Assembly (NCBI RefSeq): GCF_963921235.1
Contig: NC_086109.1
Location: 21,392,001-21,456,000 of the forward strand
DNA: 64,000 bases
Direction: 5' to 3'
From: Mobula hypostoma
Taxonomy: Eukaryota
Shown here: positions 1-10,751 of the stretch, piece by piece
How the letters are laid out: the number at the start of each line of letters is the position of its first letter
Numbering within the stretch: position 1 is the stretch's first letter
Position numbers and translations under genes: made by a program
Notes under the pieces: model-generated
Told to the model about the DNA's origin: nothing
Databases searched by the model: none
The model's input: only the letters and a program-made list of their open reading frames with translations

Positions 1-124
1 ATACTCATAAAGACTCATCCTCATACATCATCTTGCTTTGCAGAGTTAAAACCTCATCAGAAAATCTTCCAGGCCATAACTGACTACAGTTTGCATCCTA
101 TTTGCGAATGCATCATGAATTGCA

Positions 125-362
125 AATATAACGCAGTGGTTAGAATAACGCTATTACACCAACCGCGCCTTGGATCAATTCTGCCACTGTCTGTAAGAAA
201 TATTTTACGTTCTCCCCTTGACCGCGTGGGTTTCCTCTGGGTGCTCTGGTGTCCTCCCACATTCCAGGCATACGGTTTAGTAGGTCAATGGTCACATGGG
301 TGTCGTTGGGCAGCTCTGGCTTATTGGGCAAGAAGGGCCTGTTACATCTCTAAATAAATAAC
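125..362 (+). mobile_element. tRNA-derived V-SINE-like element
   Basis: tRNA-like head (gcagtggttagaataacgct), V-domain-like core (gcgtgggtttcctctgggtgctctggtgtcctcccacattcca), aaataaata tail; alignable by eye to 20413-20720. Confidence 0.75.
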
Positions 363-863
363 TAAAGCAGTAATTAATTCCTGTAAATTATTCTGCCTCC
401 TAAGGTGCAGCTGAAACACTGGTGTTAGTATTTTGAAGAACATCTAAAGAGGCAGATTTCCTATGGTTGTTTTAAATTAATTTTCAATCATCGCTTGATG
501 GATTTGTTATTTGAATATCATACAACACCAAGATTCATGCCCACAGGGCTATTGGTGCATCATAAACAGTAAAGATGCTTGAGCTTGGTAAACCCTAGTT
601 TACAGAGGCAGAAGTTGAAGCCAAATCTATGGAACGCGGCCTAGTGAAACAATTCAGTCATGGTGAAGTAGTGAGTGTTTAGACCAATGAGCAAGTATAA
701 TGCACTATACTGAGATACTGTTGAAATAGCACAAGTTTGCAGTCCTAAACTGTATTTGGTATGGATTAGAGATAAGGTTAGACATGTTCATATTGACTGG
801 ATAATTATGACAAGAGAGATATCTGAAAGTTCACAGAAAAACGTAACCACATTTTTATTTCAG

Positions 864-914
864 AAAAAAAAAAGGTACTGTGCCAACTGCTGACGAGGAG
901 ACACATTGAGAGAG
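864..914 (+). other. Candidate 51-nt internal exon, gene unknown
   Basis: Acceptor atttttatttcag, donor GAG|gtgagt; one open frame (KKKVLCQLLTRRHIER, phase 1-1) but it starts in an A10 run; no recognised homology. Confidence 0.25.
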
Positions 915-1344
915 GTGAGTTAAGATATCACACATGCTTCAGGTACAGAAACTCAAAGACAGTTAAGAAAGTCTCAGCTCCTGTAACTGCTGTGCATACT
1001 TGAGAATGTTTCACACTTTGTTTTCAAAGAGGGAACGCAAAGTGGTATTTTTGTTTAAAGATATGCAAACAAGTTACATGAATATGTAAGAAAATAACAT
1101 AATCTTTAAGTTTTGTTGTTAGTCTGTAAATATGCTTCAAAGCTCCGAGTGTTACCTAGAAATTTCAAATGTAGAGTTTACAAGCAGCATAAGACTGGTT
1201 ACAGATCACCTCCATAAATTGTACTTTGTAGGCAATGAATGAATTGTCTTCCTTTCCTTTTCTTATGCTATTAATATTTTGGTTGGATGGATTTAAAGTG
1301 TAATTCTATGTTTCTTGTGTAGAATTACAAGCTCTATCCAACCA

Positions 1345-2200
1345 ATGAATTTACAGCTCAGGAAAAAGCCAATTAGCCCAATGAGTTCAACCTATATATA
1401 TGCCCCACACAGCCCTCCTTCCTCCCCTCATGCTACTAATGTGCCCTTCGATTATTCTCTTGCCTATTTTGCAGTTTCACTTTAAATGTATCTAAAGTAT
1501 TTGGTTCCAGCGTTCCATGTGGTAGCAAGTTTCAACTTCTCACCATTCTCTGAGAACAGAGTTATGGACTCCTCATTGGATCTGTTATTGACTGTTGTAT
1601 TTATGGCCTCTAGATCTACTATAAATGCATAATGTATAGATCTCCTACAAAGTCTTTCATATACTTGCCTTTTATTGGAATACCCTCCTACTGGAACACC
1701 CCCCTCTGTCTTCTCTTTCTAGAGAAAAGAATCCCAGTCTGTTCAGTATTACCTGATCAATCATATCTTTGTAAATATTTTTGCATCTCTGGTATCTTTT
1801 GCAGGAGTAGTGATTTGCACAATATCTCAAGCATGATCTATTACTTTCACTAGTCTCACTAAAAAGGTTTCTGTCTGCTAAGCCTCTTCTGTACCTTCTC
1901 CTTGAACTCAGCTCCTTAAAATATGATATGTAAAAATGGAAACAACATTTCCACTGTGACTTAACCAATAATCTGTATAGGTTTATCACAACCTTATGCT
2001 TTTAGACTTTTTATAAACACATTATATAAAACTTGAGGTCCCATGAGCTTGCTGTATAGCTTTATCAAATAGTTTTTCAACTTCTAATGATTTTTATGCA
2101 AATTACCTCTGACTCTTTCCATTTTCTCAGTTTAAAAATATTCCCTTTAGATCATACTTCCTTGCCACATATTCCTACAAAATATGTCACCCGCTTTATT
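1345..2200 (-). mobile_element. Old, degraded CR1 LINE 3' region
   Basis: Minus-strand relic of the CR1 RT C-terminus (INLYRLLVKSQWKCCFHF, like LQLYKTLVRPHLEYCVQFW) and ttccatgtggtagcaagtttcaacttctcacc. Confidence 0.6.
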
Positions 2201-2262
2201 AAGAAAATGAAATCCTCATATTTATACCTGTATCTCCAATCTATTAATTTCCATCAAAAGGG

Positions 2263-2416
2263 CCACAATCTCCAAGGCAACTACAGCCTCCAAGAGGCCT
2301 ACAGCCTGCAAGAGAGCCACAACCTCCAAGAGGCCTACAGCCTCCAAGAAGACCACAGCCTCCAAGAGGCCCACAACATCCAAGAGAACCACACCCTCCA
2401 GAAGGACCACAACCTT
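2263..2416. repeat. 18-bp minisatellite, about 8.5 copies (ccacagcctccaagaggc)
   Basis: Units start every 18 bp from 2263 to 2407; explains the [12 protein letters not shown] repeat in ORF 2087-2509. Confidence 0.95.
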
Positions 2417-3040
2417 GTGTTGGATTGGAGGCTTGTGTGTGGAGAGCTATGTTGGCTGGAATTAGGTTTTTATACTTTGGCTGTTTGCAGGGTCACCCAT
2501 GCTGAATAGGTCAAAGGGTAGAGGCTAGACTAAGAGTGGTCCACCAGTCCTCTTTGGGGGTTCAGCTTAGGGCTAGCAGCCCTGACTAGTAAAAACAATT
2601 GTTATGTAAACAGTAATAAAGAATCATAGAAACATAGAAAACCTACAGAACAATACAGGCCCTTCGGCCCACAAAGCTGTGCTGAACATGTCCTTACCTT
2701 AGAAATTACCTAGGGTTACCCATAGCCCTCTATTTTTCTGAGCTCCATGTACCTGTCCAGGAGTCTCTTAAAGACCCTGTTGTATCCACCTCCACCACCG
2801 TTGCCAACAGCCCATTCCATGCACTCACCACTCTCCGCATAAAAAACTTAACCCCTGACATCTCCTCTTGTACCTAATCCTCCTACATCGGAGCATGACT
2901 GTATTCCTGAGTCTCCACCTGGGACTAGCATCACTGACAGTAGTGAAAACTGACAGGAAGCTACCGACACGATGAAGGAAGCCACGAACACCACCAGAGA
3001 TGCCGGACTTTCACTGCTGATCTAAATGCCAACGGCCTAA
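2395..3040 (+). mobile_element. Non-autonomous RTE-derived element (5' UTR joined to 3' end), interrupted by a CR1 3' end
   Basis: RTE-type 5' UTR (accttg...ggaggcttg...gagagctatg...gggtcacccatg...ggtcaaaggg); RTE-type 3' end near 2990-3040; host sequence resumes after the CR1 at 2877. Confidence 0.6.
2626..2876 (-). mobile_element. Young CR1 3' end
   Basis: Starts atagaaacatagaaaacctacag...caatacaggcccttcggcccacaaagctgtg, nearly identical to the 3' end of the CR1 at 59988. Confidence 0.85.
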
Positions 3041-3944
3041 GAGGCAATCTGAATCTATGAATTTGCTCCAAATCCTGCTAACGTTGCTTCCAGTCCTTGT
3101 CACAGTGAACAATTGTCACTATTTGTGCACAGTATGTAGAGTTAATGTTTCTCCAAGTCCAAGTAAGTTATAAATATAACACTCCCTGGTTGCATCAGTG
3201 ACCCCTAGAGGACACTGAGTTCACATTCCTACAAAACCAAGAACGTCCATTAATCATTATTTTCTTTTGTGCTTTATTCTACTTTCCAACTACTTTTCTG
3301 TTACTAGTATGAGCTGTAGGTTTATCAGGAACACAACAATCTATTGCCTTGTACCAACTCCCAAGAGCCACATTACTTCAATGATACACGTCAACCACAT
3401 TACTTCAATGACACACATCAATGTTTCCTACAAATCCATGTCAGTTCCTATTAACTAATTCAAGGATCAACTTTATTCGCTGTATCCATTTACATGAATT
3501 AGGAAATTGTTGTGGTGTGTTGTAGCTACATGCAACAAAGAACAACATCATTCAACAATTATAGAAAATGAAGAATTATGTAAGAGTTATATGAGAAGTA
3601 AAACTGTGCAATAAAATGTGCATAAATACGTAAATACCAGCATGTATTGGCAATGTAAACAGCTTTATAAAAAAATGATCTAAAGTGTTTACAGTCCAGT
3701 GCACTGAGGCAATAGATAGACTGTGTGGGGGAGGTAACAAGAATGCTACTTAGAATTCATATGACTATGATCCTATGTCTATCAAAGTGGTTTGTCCCGT
3801 ATCTAAAACCTATGAACAAAAATAGGAAGAAAAGCTGGCTAGTTGATCAATAAGACTGACCACCTTGCTAACCTTCTGCTTCAACACCACTTTTCCGCCC
3901 TATCCCCTTTGACTTAACTCCTCCAGTCATCCAGGAATCTACCT

Positions 3945-4152
3945 TTCAGTTAGCCTTTTCTCCTATCACTCCCCCCCCCCATCTTTTTATTGTGGCATTT
4001 ACTTCCCTTACTTCTCAGTCCTGAAAAAGTGTCTCGGCCCGAAACGTCGACTCTTTATTCACTTCCATGGATGCTGCTTGACCTGCTGAGTTCCTCCAGC
4101 ATTTTGTGTGTGTTGCTTTGGATTTCCAGCATCTGCAAGTTTACTTGTGTTT
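3945..4152 (+). mobile_element. Penelope-like terminal-repeat fragment with decayed hammerhead
   Basis: cagtc-ctgaaaa-agtgtctcggccc-gaaac-gtc-gactc at 4016-4053, then gatgctgcttgacctgctgagttcctccagc...ttccagcatctgca; same repeat as the end of the 53877-56871 element. Confidence 0.85.
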
Positions 4153-4476
4153 ATCGGTCTCAATGTTAAATGCATTCGACGGCTTTCACAGCCCAACCCA
4201 AGCTGCCACCTTGACTACTACGATCTATATTGATGACTTAAATGAAGGAGCAAATGAAACCTATCCAGTTTGCTGATGCATAACTTAACAGAACAGTAAA
4301 CAGCTACACAGGGACGTAAAGAAATATGGGCTAGTTAAGTACAATGAGCACGACTCTGGAAGATTGGACATAATGGGGAGACAATAGGGAAAGACGTGAA
4401 GTTATCTGCATTGGAGGGGAAAGAGAGAAACAAAATATGCTGAAATGACCAGAAAACCAAATAATAACAATAATAA

Positions 4477-4790
4477 TCAGTAAGTGAAAAACACCAGAAA
4501 TATTCTGAATTAAAAGAGGAAATTTAAAGACTATGGAATATGAACAGGGTAGACATTGCCCCATTGTAGTATCTACAACTTGTATCACCCCAAAGTCACT
4601 ACAAAATAGCATTAAACAATTAGGCCTACACAGCAATATTTATGTAAAGCTCCAGAAAGCCACAATACTAAACACCACTAGAATAGTCTGAAAGCTCCGA
4701 GCAAATGAGAAATGAGTGTGCTTGGCTATACCCGTACCTCAGGTTCTACCAGCTTGAGCAGAGAATATAATAATAATAATAATAATAATA
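4477..4790 (+). mobile_element. 5'-truncated R4/Dong-clade (RLE endonuclease) non-LTR retrotransposon 3' end in a (TAA)n tract
   Basis: Translates, with two stops and one frameshift, to EKHQKYSELKEEI*RLWNMNRVDI..IVVSTTCITPKSLQNSIKQLGLHSNIYVKLQKATILNTTRIV*K, the C-terminal signature of R4/Dong RLE domains; TAA repeats at 4460-4477 and 4768-4790. Confidence 0.75.
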
Positions 4791-5012
4791 GATGACAGTT
4801 TCATTCTTCAGTTCAAAACTGAGGGAATGCTGCAATGCCAGAGCTGCTAATTTTCAGCTGAGCTCCAGGCCTTAGTGGAAGGAGTAGATGTAGTTGGGAT
4901 GGGAGCTGGGGGAGCTTCATTAAACAGTAAGATTTATACTTCATCTGAAGCTGTTTCCCATTAACAGACTCCACTGACTCCACTGTCTGAGGCTGGTGCT
5001 CTCTAGACCAAC

Positions 5013-5150
5013 CTCATATGTCACATGAAGACATGCATCTGCAAAAACAGCCTGTGCGAATGGTACAAAGGTAAAAGCTAGTGGTGTTTTGTATTCTGTT
5101 GGAAGCCGCGTGGAATATCCAACAGCTCTTCTGTAATGCACGCCGAAAAC
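5013..5150 (-). other. Candidate 138-nt symmetric exon, gene unknown
   Basis: Acceptor gattttccttgcag, donor GAG|gttggt, phase-0 frame open throughout (VFGVHYRRAVGYSTRLPTEYKTPLAFTFVPFAQAVFADACLHVTYE); no recognisable repeat; protein not recognised. Confidence 0.35.
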
Positions 5151-5627
5151 CTGCAAGGAAAATCACAAACTTCGCTGTCCACTGGTATATCCCTGAGTTC
5201 CTTTCCTGGTCACACAAAAGCATTGTGCAGTGCAACAAGCTGATTTTTTTCTAGGTATGAGAATGGGAAATGCAGTTACTTAATATAGTCTGGAGACTTT
5301 GTATACAAGTCACAGAAAGCAAGTAAATGATATGTTAGTCTTTATTATAACAGGATTGCTGTGTAAGAGAAAAAGGTCAATGTTCTGATGTGAAGGCATC
5401 GATCTGAAGTGTTTATTCTGCTGCTTTCTCCACTGATGTTGACCCACTGATTACTTTCAGCATACACTGTTATCATTCCTTAATAAATAATAACAGCAAG
5501 AATAAGAGTGCCGAATCCATTGATCCTGAGAGCCTCACCTTGGCTTGGAAAATCACTGTGTCAAAATGGTTCCAGTCTCGTTATCTCCTATTTAACCCCT
5601 TGTGATCTGAGGTCCCAGAAGGTAAAG

Positions 5628-6210
5628 AAAACAATTTGCATTTATATAACTTCCCAATGTATTTTGGAATTTGCAATTTGGAGCATAGTCACTTGTAAAG
5701 TGGGGAGACAGCCAATGTGTGCAAAGGGAGCTCCCAGAAGCTACATTGAGATTGTTGTTCCTTTTCATGCCTTGGGAGGCCTTTTTCACCTTTTCTGTAG
5801 AATTTGACCATTTTTTTGCAAGGCTGAGTTGCTAGCTTGACGCTCCATCCAGCACAGATGGAAGGCATGCAAAGAGCTGGCTGGATTCGAACTCGGGACC
5901 ATTAGCCTCAAAGTCTGGTGCTGATGCCACTACACCACCGGCCAGCAAGATCAAGATAATGATCAGGTATTTTAGTTTTGGACAGGCACTGTAAAGAACT
6001 TCTAAGCACATCAAAATAAATCCTGTGCTATTTTACAACCTTCCAAGGGGTAGGCGAGGTTCTTCATCTGAAAATGACACCACTGACAGTGCAGCATTCC
6101 CTCAGCACCATGCTGGCAAGTGAGAACAGATTGTTTGCTGGATGGGAATTTGAAATAGAACCTACTGACTCAGAGTAAGAGTAATACCCACTGAGCTATG
6201 TCTGACACTT
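5628..6210 (-). mobile_element. Ancient Deu-domain (SacSINE1/AmnSINE-like) SINE, interrupted
   Basis: acaatttgcatttatata terminus, tcatctgaaaatgacaccactgacagtgcagcattccctcagcac core and tRNA-like end (acctactgactcagag...cccactgagc). Confidence 0.6.
5811..5945 (-). mobile_element. tRNA-derived SINE nested in the Deu-SINE
   Basis: Minus strand: A-box ggtggtgtagtgg, B-box gagttcgaatcc, A7 tail. Confidence 0.7.
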
Positions 6211-6402
6211 TCAACAACTCAAAATTCTTACTGGTTTTGGTGTTATACTGTACTTCTGCAGATTAGTATTACTCACAGTTTGGACATAAATCTATGGTTA
6301 AGGATTTCTCATGGTACAGAAGAAGAGGTAACTCCAACACTGTCTGAATGACTCCTACTGGACTACATCTACAGAATTTTTTTGGAGCACACGAAACACT
6401 AA

Positions 6403-6485
6403 ACTTAACCCTAACCCTAAACACCCACTACCCTGAGCAACCTCCCTTAACCCTAAGCACCCCCATTAACCCTAAAGCATCCACA
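6403..6485. repeat. Degenerate telomere-like (CCCTAA-containing) repeat, left part
   Basis: taaccctaaccctaa, accctgagc, taaccctaagc, taaccctaaag at about 20-bp spacing; similar units resume at 7601-7720. Confidence 0.55.
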
Positions 6486-6499
6486 TTTGGAGAAGTTAG

Positions 6500-7300
6500 G
6501 GCAGGGTGAGCTGTCTCAATGACAATCGCCCAGTTGCTGTGATGGTGCCAGAATCAGTTCCTGCCAAGGCAAGGACCTGGACCCACTGCAATTTGCCTAT
6601 CGCCACAATAGGTCCACAGCACATGCAATCCCACTTGTTCTCCACTCGGCCTTGGTGCACCCAGACAATAGAAATACCAATGTAAGGCTGCTGTTTATTG
6701 ATTATAGGTCAGTGTTCAATACAATCATACCCTCAGTTCCAATCAATAAGCTCCAAAACCTTCACCTGAAGAAGTGCGCTTAACCCACTGCTCTGCTCTC
6801 TCAACACCCATGTCTGAATGGCTAGGCACAGGTCAAACCCTTTCTATAAATTGGCGAATGACATAACTATTGCTGGCAGAATTTCAGATGGTGATGAGGA
6901 GACGTACAGGAGTGCAATAGATCAGCTGGCTGAATAGTGTTCCAACAACAACCTAGCGCTCAATGGGTCAGGAAGACCAAGTAATTGATTGTGGACTTCA
7001 GCAAGGGTAAGTCGAGGGAACACACACCAGTTCTCATTGAGAGATCAGTGTTGGAAAGGTTGAGCAGTTTCAAGTTTCTAAGTGTCAACATCTCTGAAGA
7101 TCTCTCCTGGGCCTGACAAAGAAGGCATTACAGTGGCTATATTTCATTAGGAATTTGAGGAGACCTAGTATGTCACCAGAGACTCTTGCGAATTTCTACA
7201 GATGTACCATGGAAAGCATTCTAACTGGCTGCATCACCATTTGGCATAGAGGAGCCAATGCACAGGATCAGAAAAAGCAGAAGAAAGTTGTAAACTCAGA
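6500..7300 (+). mobile_element. Rex1/Babar LINE RT fragment
   Basis: ctggacccactgcaatttgcctatcgc (LDPLQFAYR), ctgctgtttattgattat (LLFIDY), attgtggacttcag (IVDF), atggaaagcattctaactggctgcatcacc (MESILTGCIT). Confidence 0.85.
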
Positions 7301-7307
7301 CCAAATT

Positions 7308-7600
7308 GGTCCTTGACAGATCGGGGTCAGGGTTCAGTGGCATGGAGTGCAAGATGACTGGCGATCCTTCACTGCTGCAGCCTTCCTCCACCTTCACTGA
7401 TGTTATGATGTGTCACCATCTTCCATCAGTTCCGCTGTGGAGCTCTTGGTTGGATTGTTCTTTGTCTGGAACCTCACCCTTTGACCTTACCGTCATGGGT
7501 GACTCCACCAGGAGCTAAGCTCCAGATGGCATCGCTCTTTGAATCTCAAGAACCGACAAGCCTCTCCAACATGACAAGGTGACAATCCTCGGAGAAGGAT
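7308..7600 (-). mobile_element. RTE-derived non-autonomous element, 5' end at 7598
   Basis: Minus strand begins ccttctccgaggattgtcaccttgtcatgttggagaggcttg...gagcgatgcc...gtcacccatgacggtaaggtcaaagggtgagg, the same architecture as the 2395 element. Confidence 0.6.
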
Positions 7601-8529
7601 CCCCAGTAAACACCCCTTGACCCTAAGCAACACTCCCTGACACTCAGCAACCTCCACTTCCAGCCCACACACATTCGACACATTAAACAAAGCCATTACC
7701 CCAAACACCCTGACCATTTCCCCCACCTTCTACACACAGGCGTACAACACCTCTTAGTAAGATAGATGACAGAAAAAAATAGATCCCAATAAAGGCAAGT
7801 GGAGTTGGACCAGGTTAATGAAGGTATGAGTCAGATCAAAGTGATAGTCAATCTCCAGTAACGAGATCAATAAACACAAGAACGTTAATTTTCCCACTGC
7901 CCACAAACTAACACCCTAACCATAGCCATGCATTTTAATTAGGAATCCCTCAGAATTTCTGCTCAAATCAGAACCTTTTAGTCCCTGGTTGGATCAATTT
8001 CAGACAAAACACAAGAAATCAAGGGTCAGCAATTTAATTGCCTGGCCCAGATGTATATAATAGCTTATTACTTTTTATTTAAGACCAGTGAAAAGGACCA
8101 AATTGAATTTAACTGGATTTGCATGATAGTAAGTACTATATTATTAATTTGTTTTAGTTGGAGTGATGGTATTTTAAGCAGAAAGGGTTAATAATTTCAC
8201 ATTCTATGGGTAGAGGCTTTCTCCAATAATTGCATGTTGCATATGCAGCATGGATTAATGTGGCAAGGGCTGAAGTACTTAATTAACTCAAAGGGTAAAA
8301 GGCTGAATCTAATAAAACAAATTAAAAGATGTTAATTTCCTGTATTAGGATTGGCGAGATGCTCTGAATAAAATATAGGGAGATTATGGAGAGATTAACA
8401 ACAGCCCATAATATAAAGTCAGGCTTTAGTTATCAAAAGGCACCAGGGGGAAAGTCTCCATAAATGTTTTGGCAGCTTTGTTGCTTGGTATTGCTGTGTG
8501 TTTATTGGTAAATGTTTTGTGAACCTTAA

Positions 8530-9475
8530 TGCTGTGGAACAATGCAGAGGGACAAACTCAGGCAGCATCTACAGAGAGAGAAAGGCAATCAATGTTTTGG
8601 GATGAGACTCTTCATATGAACTGGAGAGAATGGGGGGGGGAAGACAGCATTAAAAAAAGCAAAGGAAGGGTAGAGCAGGTGCTGGTAGGTGATTGGCTAT
8701 ATTTATTTATTTAGTTAGTGTTATAGCAGACTATAGACCCTTCCAGCCCTTCAAGCTACACCCCCAGCAACCCTAGTCTAATCACAGGACAATCTACAAT
8801 GACCAGCTGACCTACTAACCGGTATGTCTTTAGACTGTGGGAAGAAACCAGAGCACCTAGGGGCACCAATATATTCAGGGGAAAGATGTAGAAACTCCTT
8901 ACAGATGACATTGGAGTTGAACTCTGAACTGTGGATGCCCTGAGCTGTAATAGCGTTGCTCTAACTGCTATGCTACCATTGCCCCCTGGTGGATCTAGTT
9001 GAGGGGAGTAAAAGGCAGGAGAGGGAGGGGGAGATTGAGAAGAATGTCAGAAGCTGGAAGGTGATGGGTGGAAGCAACAAAGGGGCCGAAGGTGATGGAA
9101 TCTGAAAGGGGATGTAATGGAGCATCGAGCAGGGAGGGAGGTGATGAGCGGAACGAATGGGAGGAGTGTGTGAATGATGGATAGATGGAAAATACATGGG
9201 GGAGAGGAATAATAGGATGATAAGGGACAGCTAAATCAGGAGGAGAGAGAAAAGAAAGAAAGGGGGAAATGCCAAAGGGAAGCAGTTACTAGAGGTTAGA
9301 GGACCCAATGTTCATGCCATCAGGTTGGAGATGGCCCAGGTGGAATATGAGATGCTGTTCCTCTCATTTGTGGTTTTTCTTGGCTGGGTAGTGGAGGAGG
9401 CCATGGACAGACATGCTGGTGGGAGAGGAGGAGTGGAATCAAACTGGCTGGCCATCGCACCTCATCAAGGATTCT
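8530..9475 (-). mobile_element. Penelope-like 3' region split by a V-SINE
   Basis: Decayed hammerhead at 8586-8623, purine-rich terminal repeat, and atgttcatgccatcaggttggag (PDGMN-type GIY-YIG C-terminus) matching the region near 54285. Confidence 0.75.
8701..8978 (-). mobile_element. V-SINE-like element
   Basis: (attt)n tail, gtctttagactgtgggaagaaaccagagcacc core, tRNA-like end. Confidence 0.8.
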
Positions 9476-9529
9476 GTGCAGGTCAGTATCCCATCGTTGG
9501 TCTTTGGTAATGTGAACTTGTGGAGTTGT

Positions 9530-10055
9530 TGATAGTTGGAGTATTGTGTGCAGTTCTGGGTGCCCCATTGCAGGAAGGATGTGCAGACTTTGGAAATGAT
9601 ACAGAAGAGAATTACCAGGATGCTGCTTGGATTGGAAGGTATCAACTCCACTTGGATAGGAAGGTATCAACTCCACTTGGATTGCTTTCTTTGAGCTGTC
9701 GGAGACTGAGAGGAGAACTGATAGAAAGTTATAAAATTCTGAGAGGCATAGATAGGATAGACTGTCATAATTTCTTTTCCTGGAGTGGAAGCATCAAATA
9801 CTAGAGGGAGGCATTTAAGGTGAGAGGAGAAAAGTTTAAAGGAGATGTGTAGGGCCAAGATATTATACAGATAGTGGTCAGTGCCTGGAAATGAGGGCCA
9901 GAAGTGCCGGTAGAAACAGACACAATGGTGTTGTTAACAGGCTTTTAGATAAACACATAAATATGCAGTGAATGTGATGGATATGCATTACACTGGCATT
10001 GTGTTTAGCATAAGTGGTGTGGGCCAAAGGGCATGCTCTTGTGCTCTATTCTATG
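9530..10055 (+). mobile_element. CR1 3' fragment with an internal 25-bp duplication (about 9627-9684)
   Basis: LEYCVQFW-type motif (ttggagtattgtgtgcagttctgg) and RRLRGELIESYKILRGIDR. Confidence 0.85.
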
Positions 10056-10751
10056 TTTACCTGGCACAGGTGAGAATCTCATCATGCATCCAGCACAGGT
10101 GAACATCCCATCATTCAATTGGCACAGGTTGGAATCCATCACACATTTTGTCTGGGTGGAACTTTGTCATGCATTTTGGAATAGGATGATATCAGATTAT
10201 GTTGTTTGTACAATTGGAATACCGGCATACATTTCATGAAGGTGGGTTTTTCAAGTAGCAAGTTATCCTGATTGTGGAGATTATTTGAATAGATAAACCA
10301 GCACTGGCGTAAATAGCTTCAAGATCTATGTAAATGTGAAACCAATCCAGCCTTGGACTTACAACATTTTAGAGTCTTTTTGAAATAGTTTGGAAAATGT
10401 ATTACTAACAGGAATATTTGGAGGAGTTGAACAAACATTTTCCTGTTGGTTCTCTCTGAAATCAAAATTCTCATAGTAACACAGTCATCAGTAAGCAAAG
10501 TCAAATCTTCATTAGAAACTGCTCAACAGTATGACAAACCAAAAATTTTACTCAGGTTCATTTCAAAAGTCAATTTGAGAAAAGGCGTCAGGAGGAAAGA
10601 TTGTGTGAAACAATGGAGATTAAAAAGCATTCAATTCTTGGCCTCTTGTAACCCCGAATGTGGCAGCAACAATGTTTGAAAATAGCTTTCAGAAGTCAAC
10701 TAAAATTGTTTTCTGAAGCAGGCCTTTTTTTTCCCCCTCCTGTTACCACCT

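Noticed and set aside
2087..2509. 140-aa ORF with HSLQEA repeats as a real gene
   Set aside because: Chimera of CR1 antisense, minisatellite and RTE 5' UTR; no splice or homology support
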